From Hydrolagus affinis (taxonomy: Eukaryota), in assembly GCA_012026655.1 (NCBI GenBank), contig JAAILG010001186.1:1-64000 (forward strand): a stretch of 64,000 nucleotides of DNA. The letters are read 5' to 3'. The position numbers and the translations under genes are program-made. This document shows, one piece after another, positions 51,400 through 63,567 of this stretch. The notes below the pieces were generated by a model. That model did not search any database and was not told the origin of the DNA. It saw only the letters and a list, made by a program, of their open reading frames with translations. Each line of letters opens with the position of its first letter. Position 1 is the first letter of the stretch.

Positions 51400-51640
51400 C
51401 ATTGGTGTCAGTGGCTCTGGGATGTGAAGCAGAGAGAAGGAAGACGTAACCAGGATTCCTGTTCATTATTTAGTGACACCCCCTCCCCGATAGAGAGTGG
51501 ATGAGCAATGGCATGAAATAAAAATAGCCTAAGACTCAACAGTAATAGGCCACCATGGTCAAAGAGCCAGCCAGTATTCACTGATTAACCTCAGAATAAA
51601 AAACAGCCACTTGAGCAAAGCACAAGCATCATCAGAACCC
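51400..51640 (+). mobile_element. AmnSINE2-like SINE, decayed
   Basis: AACCAGGATTCCTGTTC...TAGTGACACC...CAGCCACTTGAGCAA. Confidence 0.4.
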
Positions 51641-53250
51641 CCTAAACTGCATTGTTCATTCAAACATGAGAGAAGATAAATTCCCCTGATAAAATTGAAA
51701 ATAAATCTGTTTTCATTGAATAAGATACTGCACAGTTATAAGGATCTAGGCCTTTTCACTTTATGTTCTGCTTTATTTATGCACCTTATAACATGCATAT
51801 TCTTGGACTCCCAAGGGCAGAGTTATAAGGGTGGTGCACATGTAATTTGAAACACACAAATATACTTGCACTGAATGTCACATTTGAAAAATTATAGCAT
51901 AAATCATGACTGAATTAATATTTACTTCAGTCCTGAAGTTTTCCTGCATTTTGAAGTACAACTCTGTAAACCTGATATTAAAAGTGAAGACATAAATCAT
52001 GATCAAAGCTAAACAGGCTTTTACAGCATTGACAGAAACCTGGCATTTCCGTTTCAATGAAGCAGTTATTAAATTAACATGGGCCTGTGTGTATCCATAC
52101 CAAACTACAAAGTTATTATTCTTAGACCAGTCAGTAGCATAATCACCTGCAATTGTCGTCAAGTATTTTGATCGTGAAATAAAATAAAATGCAAAGCCAA
52201 GGAGCCCCATAAACTGGAGCAGTTTTACCCCATAAATGGGATCATGTCTTTAATGCAGGCAATAACTGCAGGAATACATGAAAACAAGTAACAAAAATAT
52301 CCAATTATGCCATCAACTCTGCTACAAAAATCCAATTATCTGCAGGTCTGGCTACAGCTGCAGTAATTGGTGACCTGCACTTTTGGTCAGCAGACAATCG
52401 GGATGATGAAGGCAATTAAACACAAAGTCTACACATGCCCTGCAGAGGTTATTATGCCTGCTATATCAGACCTCATCAATTTCAAAACAAAAAAGGATGG
52501 AAGCTGCTTCCACATCTCTTCAACCATGGCTGCAACCAAAACATTAGCGAGGTGATCATAAGGTAAATTATGTCAATGGAAAGACAGACATGGACTTTGC
52601 AAAAACAGAAAGGAATAATTACAAACCCGGGATATAATTGAGCAATTTGATTGTCCTGCACTTGAGCTGTCGTTCTGATGTGAAGCGCTGTCACATCCTG
52701 CAACACTACTGGAAATGGACAGGCCCTGTCCACTTTGATCTACCCTTACGCAAATGAAATGAGGTCAAAATCTGGTCATTAGATATTCCCTCATGTGATT
52801 AAGGCGTTTCATCTTTACAGGAGATTTTTATCAGCGATCACATAGCACAAACCAACCATTAATGCTTTTGAGAAGAGAAAAATGTAAACAGGAGGCAACA
52901 AAGTGAAAAGGTGAATCTGATTGAGGAAGCATGCAATGAAGCAGCAACACCTCCCTCTGAGATAAATAGGATTTTGAAAAAAAATGTACTCGTTGAAAAG
53001 GCAAGTCAACAAAAGATCAGATCACTTAAACAAAGGGCAAACAATGGAGACAAAAACCCTTTTCATTTATATTTCACAAGGAGGAAATAAAATCTACCAT
53101 TTAGAAACTCTTGTGGTTTAGACTTTTCTAAACAATATAGGTCAAGATAGTTATTTAATGCACATTTTCCTTGTATATTTTCACTGTTTCTGTGATGATG
53201 TGCAGCAATGCAGAAAGATTTACCATCTGATCCCTTGGCTGACACCTTAC

Positions 53251-53377
53251 CGTATCATCCTTGGGTTTCACAACTTTCATAAAGGCACCCCGAGTTGTGG
53301 CTTCCTCCCGTTCTTTTCTTGTGACTTTTCTTGCATCTAAAAACTTCAGGTTTGCCAGTTTGTGAAGGATGAAACAC
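53251..53377 (-). CDS. LRMDA: LRMDA (C10orf11) next internal coding exon, 127 nt
   Basis: Acceptor TCTTCTTTTCCAG|G, donor ACG|GTAAGG. Translates (R)[42 protein letters not shown] versus recalled human [40 protein letters not shown]. Phase-2 junction AG|G joins in frame with the 63404-63543 exon. Confidence 0.95.
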
Positions 53378-53908
53378 CTGGAAAAGAAGATGCTTTGGTT
53401 GCTGGTAGAAGTTGCACGTACAGTGTAATATCTACACAAAAAGTCAGAAAGGAGGTCAATTCAACAAAGAAAAACAAACAAACCAACAAAGTAGAGATAA
53501 TGAATAGCTGAGAGACAACAAGGACTGACTGGATTCTATAACAGATACAATAGCCCTGAAGGATTAGGGCAAAAATGGCAAAAGACAAGAAATAGCAGTG
53601 GGGTCAAGGGTGAAGAGAGATAAGGCAACAGAGTCGACAGTGCAGCATAAAAGGTGTACACAAAACTCCTTCATTCACTTGAGAAAAACAGTAAACAGCT
53701 TATGCTAGAAAACAAAATTTTGGTTTCTCCAAGCATTCATGGTGTCAGCCTAGCTCATTTGGTAGCAATCTTGCCTTTAAGTCAATAGGGTGTGGGTTCA
53801 AGGTCGCTTGGCCTACACTCCAATGCAATATCTTGTCCGAGTGTTGAAAAAAAAAGGGTACTTTCTTCCAAAGCCCTGGTTAACAATTCCCCCAGGATAC
53901 TATCCTAT

Positions 53909-54282
53909 ACCTATAAGATTCTTAAGGGGTATGACAGAGTAAACAGTGGGAGACTGTTTCCCCTGGTAGGAGAAACTATAACTAGGGGGTCACAGTCTTA
54001 AGATTAAGGGTCAGCCTTTTCGAACAGAGTTGAGGAAACACTTCTTCACTCAGAGGGTAGTGAATTTATGGAATTCTCTACCCCAAAAGGCTGTAGATTT
54101 TCAGTTCTTGAACATATTCAAGAACTGAGATTGATAGATTTCTCATGGATAGAGTGGTTAAGCGATATGGGGATAAGGCGGGCAGATGGAGTTATTTTGG
54201 AAGATAAGCTGTGATCTTATTGAATGGCGGGGTAGGCTCAAGGGGCTGAATGGACTACTCCTGCTCATTTTTCTTATGTTCT
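53909..54282 (+). mobile_element. CR1 LINE 3' end, relatively young
   Basis: TYKILKGYDRVNSGRLFPLVGETITRG / HSLKIKGQPFRTELRKHFFTQRVVNLWNSLPQKAV (one frameshift), a 3' UTR ending TTCTTATGTTCT, and flanking GATACTA direct repeats. Confidence 0.92.
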
Positions 54283-54482
54283 GATACTAGGAGAAACTCC
54301 CTTCTCTTTTTGAACGGTGGCATGGGATAAAACTAGTAATTTACTTCACGGCCCTTTGTGGGACATGGCTGTGTGCATATTGGCGGGATGTTCACTTACA
54401 TATACTGTACATGAGTGGGGGATCACTGCATCTTACAATAAATTACAAAAAAGTACTTTGAGACATCCTCCAAACCTCAAAT

Positions 54483-54752
54483 AACAACAACAAAATTACA
54501 TTTGTGCAGCAGCTTTCACATCAAAAGGATGCCCAAAGATGCTGGACAGACAGTATTTTTAACCCAAGATGGACCTCCAGATTGGAGAGGGTGGATTGCA
54601 GTGGGGAAGGAGGTTGATTGAAAGCACAGTCAAAGATTGAGGGACCTGAAGGAGGCAAGAGATGGAGCAAGGCAGGATGAAGTTTCAGAAGGTGGGAGAA
54701 GATTGTTTGAAGGCCCACCTGCCAATGATGGGGTGGGCGAGGTGGGGGACGT
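54483..54752 (-). mobile_element. L2 LINE 3' end
   Basis: (CAA)n tail, AATTACATTTG, and a purine-rich antisense L2 UTR. Confidence 0.65.
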
Positions 54753-57344
54753 GAAGCGGGGGGGGGGCGCCTGCTTCACATCCAAAATAAATACCAAAGT
54801 TATTATGTATCAACAACATCAACTTGCCCTTATATAGCATCCTCCATGTAGGGGAGTGTCTCAGAGCACTTAAAATGCAAGGATACCGAATACAAGGATC
54901 ACTGTTAAGGAGTTTAAGTTGTCTAATTTAGATCAATGTGACTTCACTTGAATACAAGTCTTGTAAAATTCTGCTTAAGTACTGATTTCTCACGTTTGTT
55001 TGCCCTCCCCCCAACCACTATTGGTTATTTACTCAGTTTTATTTACCACAGCTAAGATTCAGCTTACTGGTCTTCCCTTTAGCCTCAGATTTTTTGCAAA
55101 CATAGAAAGATAATATATAATATTTAAATTTGGTTTGAAGCTATTTTCTCCATAATTTAATTGAATCAATTATTATTCTATAAGCTTTAAACTATTTTAT
55201 TAAAATACACAAAGTGCACAGCTTGAATAACTGAGTTACAGAGCCTTGGAACCTTGTTTATAGGCAGCTTGTAAACTATTTCTAATGTCTCAAGCAAGCA
55301 CTTAAGAAAAAGACAAGGATCTATTCCAAGCAGCAATTGTGAGGAAACTGCAATGCTCACTCGCAGCAGACTTAACAGCCCATAACAGATTGTTTACTGG
55401 GAGACAAATTGTGCCAACATGGTAAGATAAGTTACCTCAGTACAAACCACAAATTTAGCTTGGGTTTTTCCTAGTCAATGTAGCCCACACCGTAGAAGGC
55501 ATTTGTTCAGTGAGTTTGTCAAAGGGATAGGGTTAAATATCGCAAGGGCACATCAACTAGCAGTTAAGATGCTGGCATGGTTTGTCTAAGCAAATTTAAG
55601 CAAAATGTCTAGATCCACCTTTACAGAAGAAAATGGTAATTTCTTGCCTTAAGGGAGCTCAATAAGGAATGCAAGGTCAATGCCCTTTCCTACTGTAGGC
55701 CTAAAATGCTAGTTATTACTTTCCACGATGGTAGAAAAATCTTATCTCATTGGCAATGATTGGATCCAAAGTGAATGGAAGAGTACAAGTTTCAGAAGTC
55801 AAGTAAATCATTATTTGATTATAATGTGAATTTTTGGAAGTATATTGAAAAAACACTACACAAAGCATAGTGATTGCTTAACATCGGGCATACACATTAA
55901 ATTTGGAACATTTACAGGAGCTAAAGACTGTGAGCACTGTGGACAATTCTGGTAAATTGAAGCAGTTTTTATTGTTTTCCGAAGGGAGTGAATTGAGATA
56001 ACATTTTTTTCCAAGCCGTTTATCCCTTTTCATCAAGCTCCTGTCATTTCTACTCAGATGGGCAGTACGTACGGGTTACCATGTCCCTTTGCAGTTTACT
56101 GTTTGTACTTATGTTGGGAGCGTTCCTGATGTGGATGTCTGCTTTTGGCAGGAAGCCAGGTACATAGACAAGATCTTGAAGAATTTCTCCAGATTCAGCC
56201 TCAGTGAGTACATGATTTTGTTTGGGGATCACTAGTCTTTCACAGTGCATTGTGTCATGCTGGTCAGATGGTGGCAGGGAAAATCTATCTTCTGCCAATT
56301 CAGTGCAATTCAATATCCAGATGCAGTTTGATGAAAACCCAAGGCTTGTCCGTGTTAAGGATTGGCAGGGTCATTTTGGATGTTCAAGGAGAAAGACAGA
56401 TTGAGAACTGGCTAGAGATGAGCAATTGGATTTATTCAAATTGTTTATTTGAGTTCTCCCCCAAGTTTTAGGTAGTCTAAATCCAAATCTTAATACTGTG
56501 CGAGATGTCACCAGACAGTATCTACCTGGATAGTCAAGGAAATGGATGCCTCAAATTAAAAAAAACTGCTGGCAAAAACAACAAACAGAAACACAGAGTT
56601 GGTTGTTAAAAATTCCATGCTACTACTTGAAAAGAGATATTCTCAGTGTCCTGGCCAACTATCCACCAGATTATTTAGTTATTCACTCATGGATGTTCAA
56701 TTGTATATTTGTCTGTGTGCAAAATAGCTGTCAGGTTCACCTACAAAGAGCTGTCACTACATGTGACATTAATTGGTGTGAAGTTTGGCTCTGGTCTGTA
56801 CTGAGTCAGTTAAGGCACAAGAATTGATTTCCTAATCCTGGCATTTTATCCAAAGATTTCTCTGATAATATGAACTGTGGACTATGGGCGTGCATTTTGG
56901 ATGATCACAAAATTGCGCTTGCCTACAATGCATCCACAGATAAATACCTAACTCTCATAAAACAAAGCTTTATAACACAAGGGCCTCTTGATTATGGTAT
57001 CAGTGGATTGTCAATGCCTGTGAAAAATGAACATATTTTATAGAGTACATATGAAGAATTCACAATTTAAATGTATAATCATTTTGAATTATTTTAAAAC
57101 AAAATTATACTATTATTTAGTTACATTTACTGCCATAGCTCAAAAGTTAATCAATTTTAAATCAGATTTTTATGTTGAGGTAATTCAAATCCCCAAATTA
57201 TTCAGCACTATCAACTAACAGTTTTGAAACTGTCTGAATCCTTCCCTCTTTTGGGTATATGTTGAAGATGGGAAATTAAATTCAGTTTGTCTCAAATAAA
57301 TCTGAGCTCCACCTTATAAAAGCACAACTTATAAAGGTTGTTGA

Positions 57345-57663
57345 ATTGAAGATCCTCAACCTCATGGTCTGCAAGCCTAATATCCCACCTGCTCCCTCTG
57401 CTCAGCAAACGCATGCCTGCTGTGTGCCCCATTCTATTGGCAGGTGAGCTTCCTGCCATTTTGACTCACTGGAATTCTAACCTGGTATCCCTCCACCTTA
57501 CCCCTTCCCTTCCCTCCTTTAAGGCCCATATTAAAACTTATTTTATTCTACCGCGCTTTCAGTCATTTTCCCCACCCAGCTCACATTCCCATTTAGCTTT
57601 GTGAAGCACTTTCAGAGGTTCTCTGAATATGAACTTGTAACATAAATATAAACTGTTGCTGTT
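57345..57663 (+). mobile_element. L2 LINE 3' end
   Basis: ATTGAAGATCCTC...CTGGAATTC...CCCTCCTTTAAGGCCCATATTAAAAC...TGTGAAGCACTTT...GTTGCTGTT. Confidence 0.65.
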
Positions 57664-58689
57664 CGAGAATTTCATATGAAGATAAAGCGCAACACATGAT
57701 CCAAATACTACTGGAACAAAGGCCATGAACATTACATTGATAGTTTAAGTCTGAAACAAACAGCAGAGGCCAAAATAATGATAGCTATTACTACCATTAT
57801 GTGAAATATAAGAAGAGGAATGTTAACTTAAAAGAACATGTAAAGGCCAGTGGAGACCATCCAAATAAACAGGTTTGCGATATCTGTACACATTACAATT
57901 TTAAATAATTTGAAAATCTTCATTGTGCCTAGTTTTCCAGTACTACAACTGGCATTACGTCAAATGGAAGTGAAAGTAACTTTTGAGAATAAAAACTGGA
58001 GGAAACAGTCACATATAAAACTAGTCCACATGTCTGCAATTTCACTCCTAAAAGAGTTACTTGTAATTTCCTGTATGGCCTACCACAAGGACCCAGTGAT
58101 GGAGCTCCATAAATACCATTAAAGTTTTATGGTTTCTACATAGACCCTGTTGAAATATGTCATTACTGAAAGGTATTTCATGCTACTAATTCTAAGAGGC
58201 AGAATCCAGAAAAAGAAAAACAACATGCAGCAAGGAGTTGCTTTCTAATAGCTGCTTGTCTGATTGTCACAAATGCATGTTGACATTTATTTACAATATT
58301 TATACAGAATAAAACACATCAAGACATCAGGAAAACGCCTTGTGTCAAAAGATTTATTCCAGCACTGCCTGAGTTGGTTAATTCATACGTGGGTCCTGCA
58401 AAGAAAATTGAGTATGGGAATCAAAGAGTCCTACATTTACTTTTAAATGAAAAAGTTTCCCTTTATTTAGGAATATTTTTTTCTGATTTGAATTCTTTAA
58501 AATTATTATTCATGCCTTTCCCCCCATGAGATTGGCTGGGCACCCATGAAGACACAGGATGCAATGGCATTTCCACAGAAGAAGCCCCAAGGTACACAAG
58601 CCGTAATGAGTTGCTGCTTATAGGAACTATCAAACATTAACAATAACTTCACCATACTGAAAAAAGTAATGGACAGAAAGTTATGAATT

Positions 58690-58952
58690 CAAGCGAGAAG
58701 CCTGGATTTGATTCCCTTTAGGGGAAACCTTGGGCAAGTTTTCTTACTCCGCGTACCTGACGATAATCACTCCCCAAAACTAATAAATTGGTCACTTCAA
58801 TCCGCAACTGTGTGGGACACTGCCGTGCGCAATTGATTGCTGCGTTTTGCCCACAAATCTACAATCAATTCACTTCACAATATATTCTGTGAACCGGTTT
58901 GAGACATTTAAAAGACATGAGAAGCGCTACATTAAATGCAAGGATTATTATT
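58690..58952 (+). mobile_element. tRNA-SINE, 5'-truncated
   Basis: GAAACCTTGGGCAAGTTTTCTTACTCC...GGGACACTGCCGTGCGCAATTG...AAATGCAAGGATTATTATT. Confidence 0.9.
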
Positions 58953-59337
58953 TTAAGATAGACAAAATTGATAAGTGGCGCTTAATAAGGTAGAGGCAGC
59001 TCTGTCGTCAAAAAGCACCTAAAAATCATAGGCATCATTGTATGTTAGATATGCACTGTGACAAATGGAGATGAAAAAAGAAGATACAATTTCCTAAAAA
59101 AAAACCTAAAAGTTAAGCCGCCTACATCCTAGAGGAAAGACTGCAAGGAGGATAGAAAAAACATTAATGATCTTTGACAGCTGATGCCAAAGATGGCTCT
59201 CATGTGACTGTTATAAACCATGCTCAAATTTATAGTCCTCTCCATGATGAAGAAGCAGAATGTAGTCTAAGTGTCAAAAGAAAAAGGTTCAGCCAAGAAC
59301 TAAAAATAAGAAGTTTGGTATCACCTAACCAGGATTT

Positions 59338-59605
59338 ATTCCCCCGAATCCTCCGTTCCACCGTCAGCGGCTGTGCCTTCAGTCACTATGCCCTGTAGCT
59401 CTGGAACTCCCTCCCTCCTCATTCCCTTTGTCTCGCCCCCTCTTTTCCCATTTTCAGGTCGCGCCTGAAGACTTTTCTGTTTGACCACGCCTTCGGTCAC
59501 CTTTTCCCCCCTCCCGCTGGCTCGGCCCCCAGCTCCATTTTGTGAAGCACTCTGAGATGCTGCCTGGTGTGGAGGGCACTATATAAATCCAAGTTGTCGT
59601 TGTTG
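59338..59605 (+). mobile_element. L2 LINE 3' end with (GTT)n tail
   Basis: GTGCCTTCAGTCACTATGCCC...CTCTGGAACTCCCTCCCT...TGTGAAGCACTCTGAGATG...TATATAAATCCAAGTTGTCGTTGTT. Confidence 0.85.
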
Positions 59606-59984
59606 ACTTCATGCATCTCATCTTCTCCCCAAACCTTTGATAATCAGTTGCAATGTAGACATAGGTCACCTATATTACCATGGTTTCCCAATAAACTAAT
59701 TTGTCCATAGGTTTATGTTTAATATCCATATTAGAGAGGAAAAGACACTTGCAGAATTTGAGAAAAGGGTTGCTGGCTGCCAAGACTTAGTGCTTCAGGT
59801 CTGAGTACATAACAGCAACAACAACAACAACAAAATTACATTTGTATACCGCCTTTCACGTCGGGAGGACGTCCCAAGACACTGGAACCTCTTGGAACCT
59901 CTGAATTCTCAGATACTTTCTATCGTATTGTAAAAGTACAGGAACATCAGCTAAGCTGTCCAATAATAATACCTCCAAAAAAAA

Positions 59985-60154
59985 CACAATAATAATATTG
60001 GTCATTTCAATCCAGGATTGATTGTGGGACACTGCTGTGTGTAATTGACTGCTGCGTTTTGCCCACAAATATACAGTCAATTCACTTTACAGTATATTCT
60101 GTGAAGTGCTTTGAGACATCTAGAAGACGTGACAAGTGCTTTATTAAATGCAAG
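59985..60154 (+). mobile_element. tRNA-SINE 3' half
   Basis: TTGGTCATTTCAATCC...TGTGAAGTGCTTTGAGACATCTAGAAGACGTGA...AAATGCAAG. Confidence 0.88.
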
Positions 60155-62439
60155 CTGCTCATGGAAACCAAATCCCCTGTGCGAATACTAATCAAAGTGC
60201 ACTTGCCATCTTTGAAGACTGGTCGCTGTATTTATGATGGATGGGAACTGAGACTGAATAAGAATTATCCTTCCAAAATGATGAATCCCTAGGTTTACCT
60301 TGATGGAAATAGACCAATTCCACCAATACACTGATTATGATTTTTAAAATCCACCTCTCCCTTCCCAATCCCTGCCCAACCCTCACCTTCCTCCTTGCTT
60401 GCAATCGACTCCATCTTTGTGCTCAGAGACATAATCTTATGCTACACAACAAGTTGCACTTATATACAGCGTCCTCCACTCCGGGTAATGTCTCACAACA
60501 CTTAAATGCTATTGCCACCTCAGAGACGCAAAAACACGGCTGAGATGAAAATAATGGCCAACAATTTGAAAGCACCTCCTTATCAAACCTGTCACATCCT
60601 TTGGACACGTTACACTTCTCCTCTCAGGATTTTCCAACCTATTTCCTTGAGCACTCTGCTCCATTAATAAATAGAACTTCAATATGCAGCTTGAATAGAT
60701 ACAAATTGACACGAAAGTCAATGTATAAATGTAAATTTGTATTGTAATTAGCATTATATTAGTGGAGAAAATGGCTCTAGAAAATGAATGACAATACTGT
60801 ACCAGGGGTAAGTATAATACTGTTGTACTAATCAATACTATGAAAAACAATATTTTGGGGGAGGGGAAATGCAGCTAATTACATTCAAGGTAGAAAACGC
60901 ATGAGAGGAAACTGAAGAAAATTGAAACAAGTGAAGGGAAGACAACAGACATAATAAACTTTGACAACAAAAATATGGGAATGATGCTGATATGAGGCAA
61001 ATGTTACTCCAGGAAGGAACACACAGGCTGGTTTGTAGTGGAACTGCCTTCAGGTTGTGTACTGGTATAGGATGTCATGTTATGACTTATTGCAACGTCA
61101 AGCACTCTGAGACGCCAACCGACACGGAGGGCGCTTTATAAATGCAAGTTGTTGTTTGTTGACTTAAAAAGAGGTTGTTCAAGTGATTTTCATACGCAGC
61201 CGGAATCTGTTGAGTCAAAGACAGCAGTAGCAGCGAGGAACATCGTTTTGGGGGCATGTTTGTTAGGAATAATAAACCTATTAATAAGCAGTGTAACAGG
61301 CTGGAAACTGCTGGTCAACAAAGATCTATTTGCAAATGCCTCTGGCTTTGTTGAATTAAGAAATATTATTGTACTTTGAGGAGGTTTATGGTTTTCACCT
61401 GAAGTGAGTTACAGTACAATACCAGATTTAAAACAACCCATACATTGTGTAGTTGAAGCCTGTTAATTGGGACCCCCTGGTGTAAATGAAATAGTCCGAT
61501 TTATCAGATCATTCCCCATCAAGCAAAACCCATCAGTGCTGATTTAAATTGCGAATCAATTAGTGCCTGTGAAAATGTACCCATTAACCATTAACAGGCA
61601 TCAAGTCTAATCATACACTGGGCTTCCCTGTGCTGCTACAGAATTCAGCAATTCTGTTTGGATTGTGTTTCATCACTTTGATCTGCACTGGCCTGATGTT
61701 TTTCACATCATTTCAAAGACTACAGTGGCTAGGGATAAGACAAAAAATTATTAATTAATGAGAAAATATTTTCCTCTCATTCTCCCCATACTGTTGACAA
61801 ACTCATAGTGATTTTTAAATCCCATTCACGAGGGTTGATGAGAATCAACAGTTTTAAAGGCTCAGTGTTGTCCGGAATGTTCTGGCTTCCAGCCCTGAAA
61901 TTCATACAAACAGGAACTAGGAAATCTGCCTAAAATGTAAGGACCATTTCCAGGCCCAGAATATGATGGTTACATGGAACATAAAACCAAATACTTAAAC
62001 ATCTGCAAAAGAAAAAATAAAGTAGAAATAAATTATGAAATGACTTTTGGGATTGTAACTTGCCCAGGACAGCAGATCGTACCAGTATAGTGTTCCCTTG
62101 TCCAAAATCCAGCTAAAGTACATAAATCAAATCTGAGACATATTTTATAGCACCAAGGCAAAGCTGCATGTATGCCACTATTTGTGCTACGAATGTAGTT
62201 TATTGCCAGTGCAAATGGCAGACAGATCCTTCTTGTGTAGCCAATGATAATAGCCTGTTATGACTTGTACCTGTCAGGACTTGTAGATAAAGATTCATCT
62301 GCTATATGCCATTTCAACAACAACAAGTTGCACTTTCAGTATAAAGCTCCCTCTATGCAGGCTAGAATCTAATAGTGCTTCAAAGAATGACTCACCTCCC
62401 CTTACACAACAATGTCCTTGACTGCAATTCATTGGATAC

Positions 62440-62838
62440 AATAATAATCATTGCATTTGATATAATGTTGGGAGGATATCTCAGAGCACTTCCCGGGATT
62501 TTACTGTAAAGTGTAGTGTATATTGTGTAGGCGAATGCAGAAGCCAAGTTGAATAAAGCAACATCCTTCAAACAGCCAAGAATTGAACATTTAATTTTAT
62601 CTGGCGAGGGCACTGGGAGAATCTCCAATCTCTCTTAAGAGTAGTACCATAAATGTTTTTACGTCCAACTGAACAGGCAGACGGGCGTCAGTTTAACATC
62701 TCATCCAAAGGATAGCATGCCAACAATGCACACCCCAAGCGCTGCAATAGAGTGTCAATCTAGACGATGAGTTCAAAATCCAGTCATGGCCTTGAACACA
62801 CAATCTTTAGACTCAATTTTTAGAGTGCCACCAACTTA
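62440..62838 (-). mobile_element. Near full-length old DeuSINE (SacSINE1-like)
   Basis: Tail, Deu core (TTTACGTCCAACTGAACAGGCAGACGGGCGTCAGTTTAACATCTCATCCAAAGGA), and tRNA-like head (CTTGAACACACAATCTTTAGACTC...AGAGTGCCACCAACT). Confidence 0.8.
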
Positions 62839-63403
62839 GACAGCATGGATGTGCAGGGGCCCACTCCAATGTGTAATGTCCTTCATATACACACTTGGCT
62901 AAACTTGCATATATTGTACTTGGAAACCATTGTATGGACAGCATTGTACCAAGATCGAGCCATCACTGTACTCTAATAGATAAAATTAACGATGCTCATT
63001 TAATTCACAGTAAAAAACAGTAAATTTCTGCACCAGCTTTCCCAATGTTTCATGCACAAGCCCAGTACAGTACAGTATATTGTTTACTATTAATAGCACC
63101 AATTTTTGAATGTGCTTCTTCTGATCTATGGTTGGGTGAAACGCTATAAATATTATATCCTACTGTAAAGGTTGTCAGTTGTGTATGATTTTTTGACAGC
63201 GCTAAATGAACCATACATGCTTGCCGCTGAATGCTTTCCTTAAGTCACTCCTATTGTGTTAATGATTAATAGCTTGTGTGTTATGAACAAATGTGACTAA
63301 AAGTTGAAAACGATGAACTGGTAAGGAAGAACATTTACTTTTACACGTTTTGTCAGCAGACGAACAGAAGACACCTCGACCCATTCATAAAGAGAACACT
63401 AAC

Positions 63404-63543
63404 CTGTATCTCTGGTAGTCACTTTCATCGTTGTCCAAACTAACAAGTTCATTGGGACAGGCTTTATTTCCGAGAAGACTGAGGTACTTAAGGAAAGGCA
63501 ACACTTCAGCTAAATGATCCAAAAGGGTGTCTAATTCTGTTAT
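63404..63543 (-). CDS. LRMDA: LRMDA (C10orf11) internal coding exon, 140 nt, LRR/LRRcap region
   Basis: Reverse complement translates [46 protein letters not shown](R), close to recalled human [52 protein letters not shown]. Donor AG|GTTAGT at 63403; acceptor is ...TGACAC| (U12-type). Not in the ORF track. Confidence 0.95.
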
Positions 63544-63567
63544 GTGTCAAAGGCCATGGGTTAAGGA
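63544..63567 (-). promoter_or_regulatory. U12-type branch point and AC 3' splice site
   Basis: Minus strand reads TCCTTAAC-CCATGGCCTTTGACAC|ATA. Branch adenosines lie 18-19 nt from the exon. No AG occurs within about 60 nt upstream and there is no polypyrimidine tract. Confidence 0.85.

Larger units (their letters stand above)
1..53250 (-). other. LRMDA: Very large LRMDA intron (at least 53 kb, continues beyond the window start)
   Basis: GTAAGG donor at 53250. The expected next exon (YTPLP-like motif) was not found by eye. Confidence 0.7.
53378..63403 (-). other. LRMDA: LRMDA GT-AG intron (10,026 nt) between the two exons
   Basis: GTTAGT donor, polypyrimidine-CAG acceptor, compatible phases. 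Confidence 0.9.
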
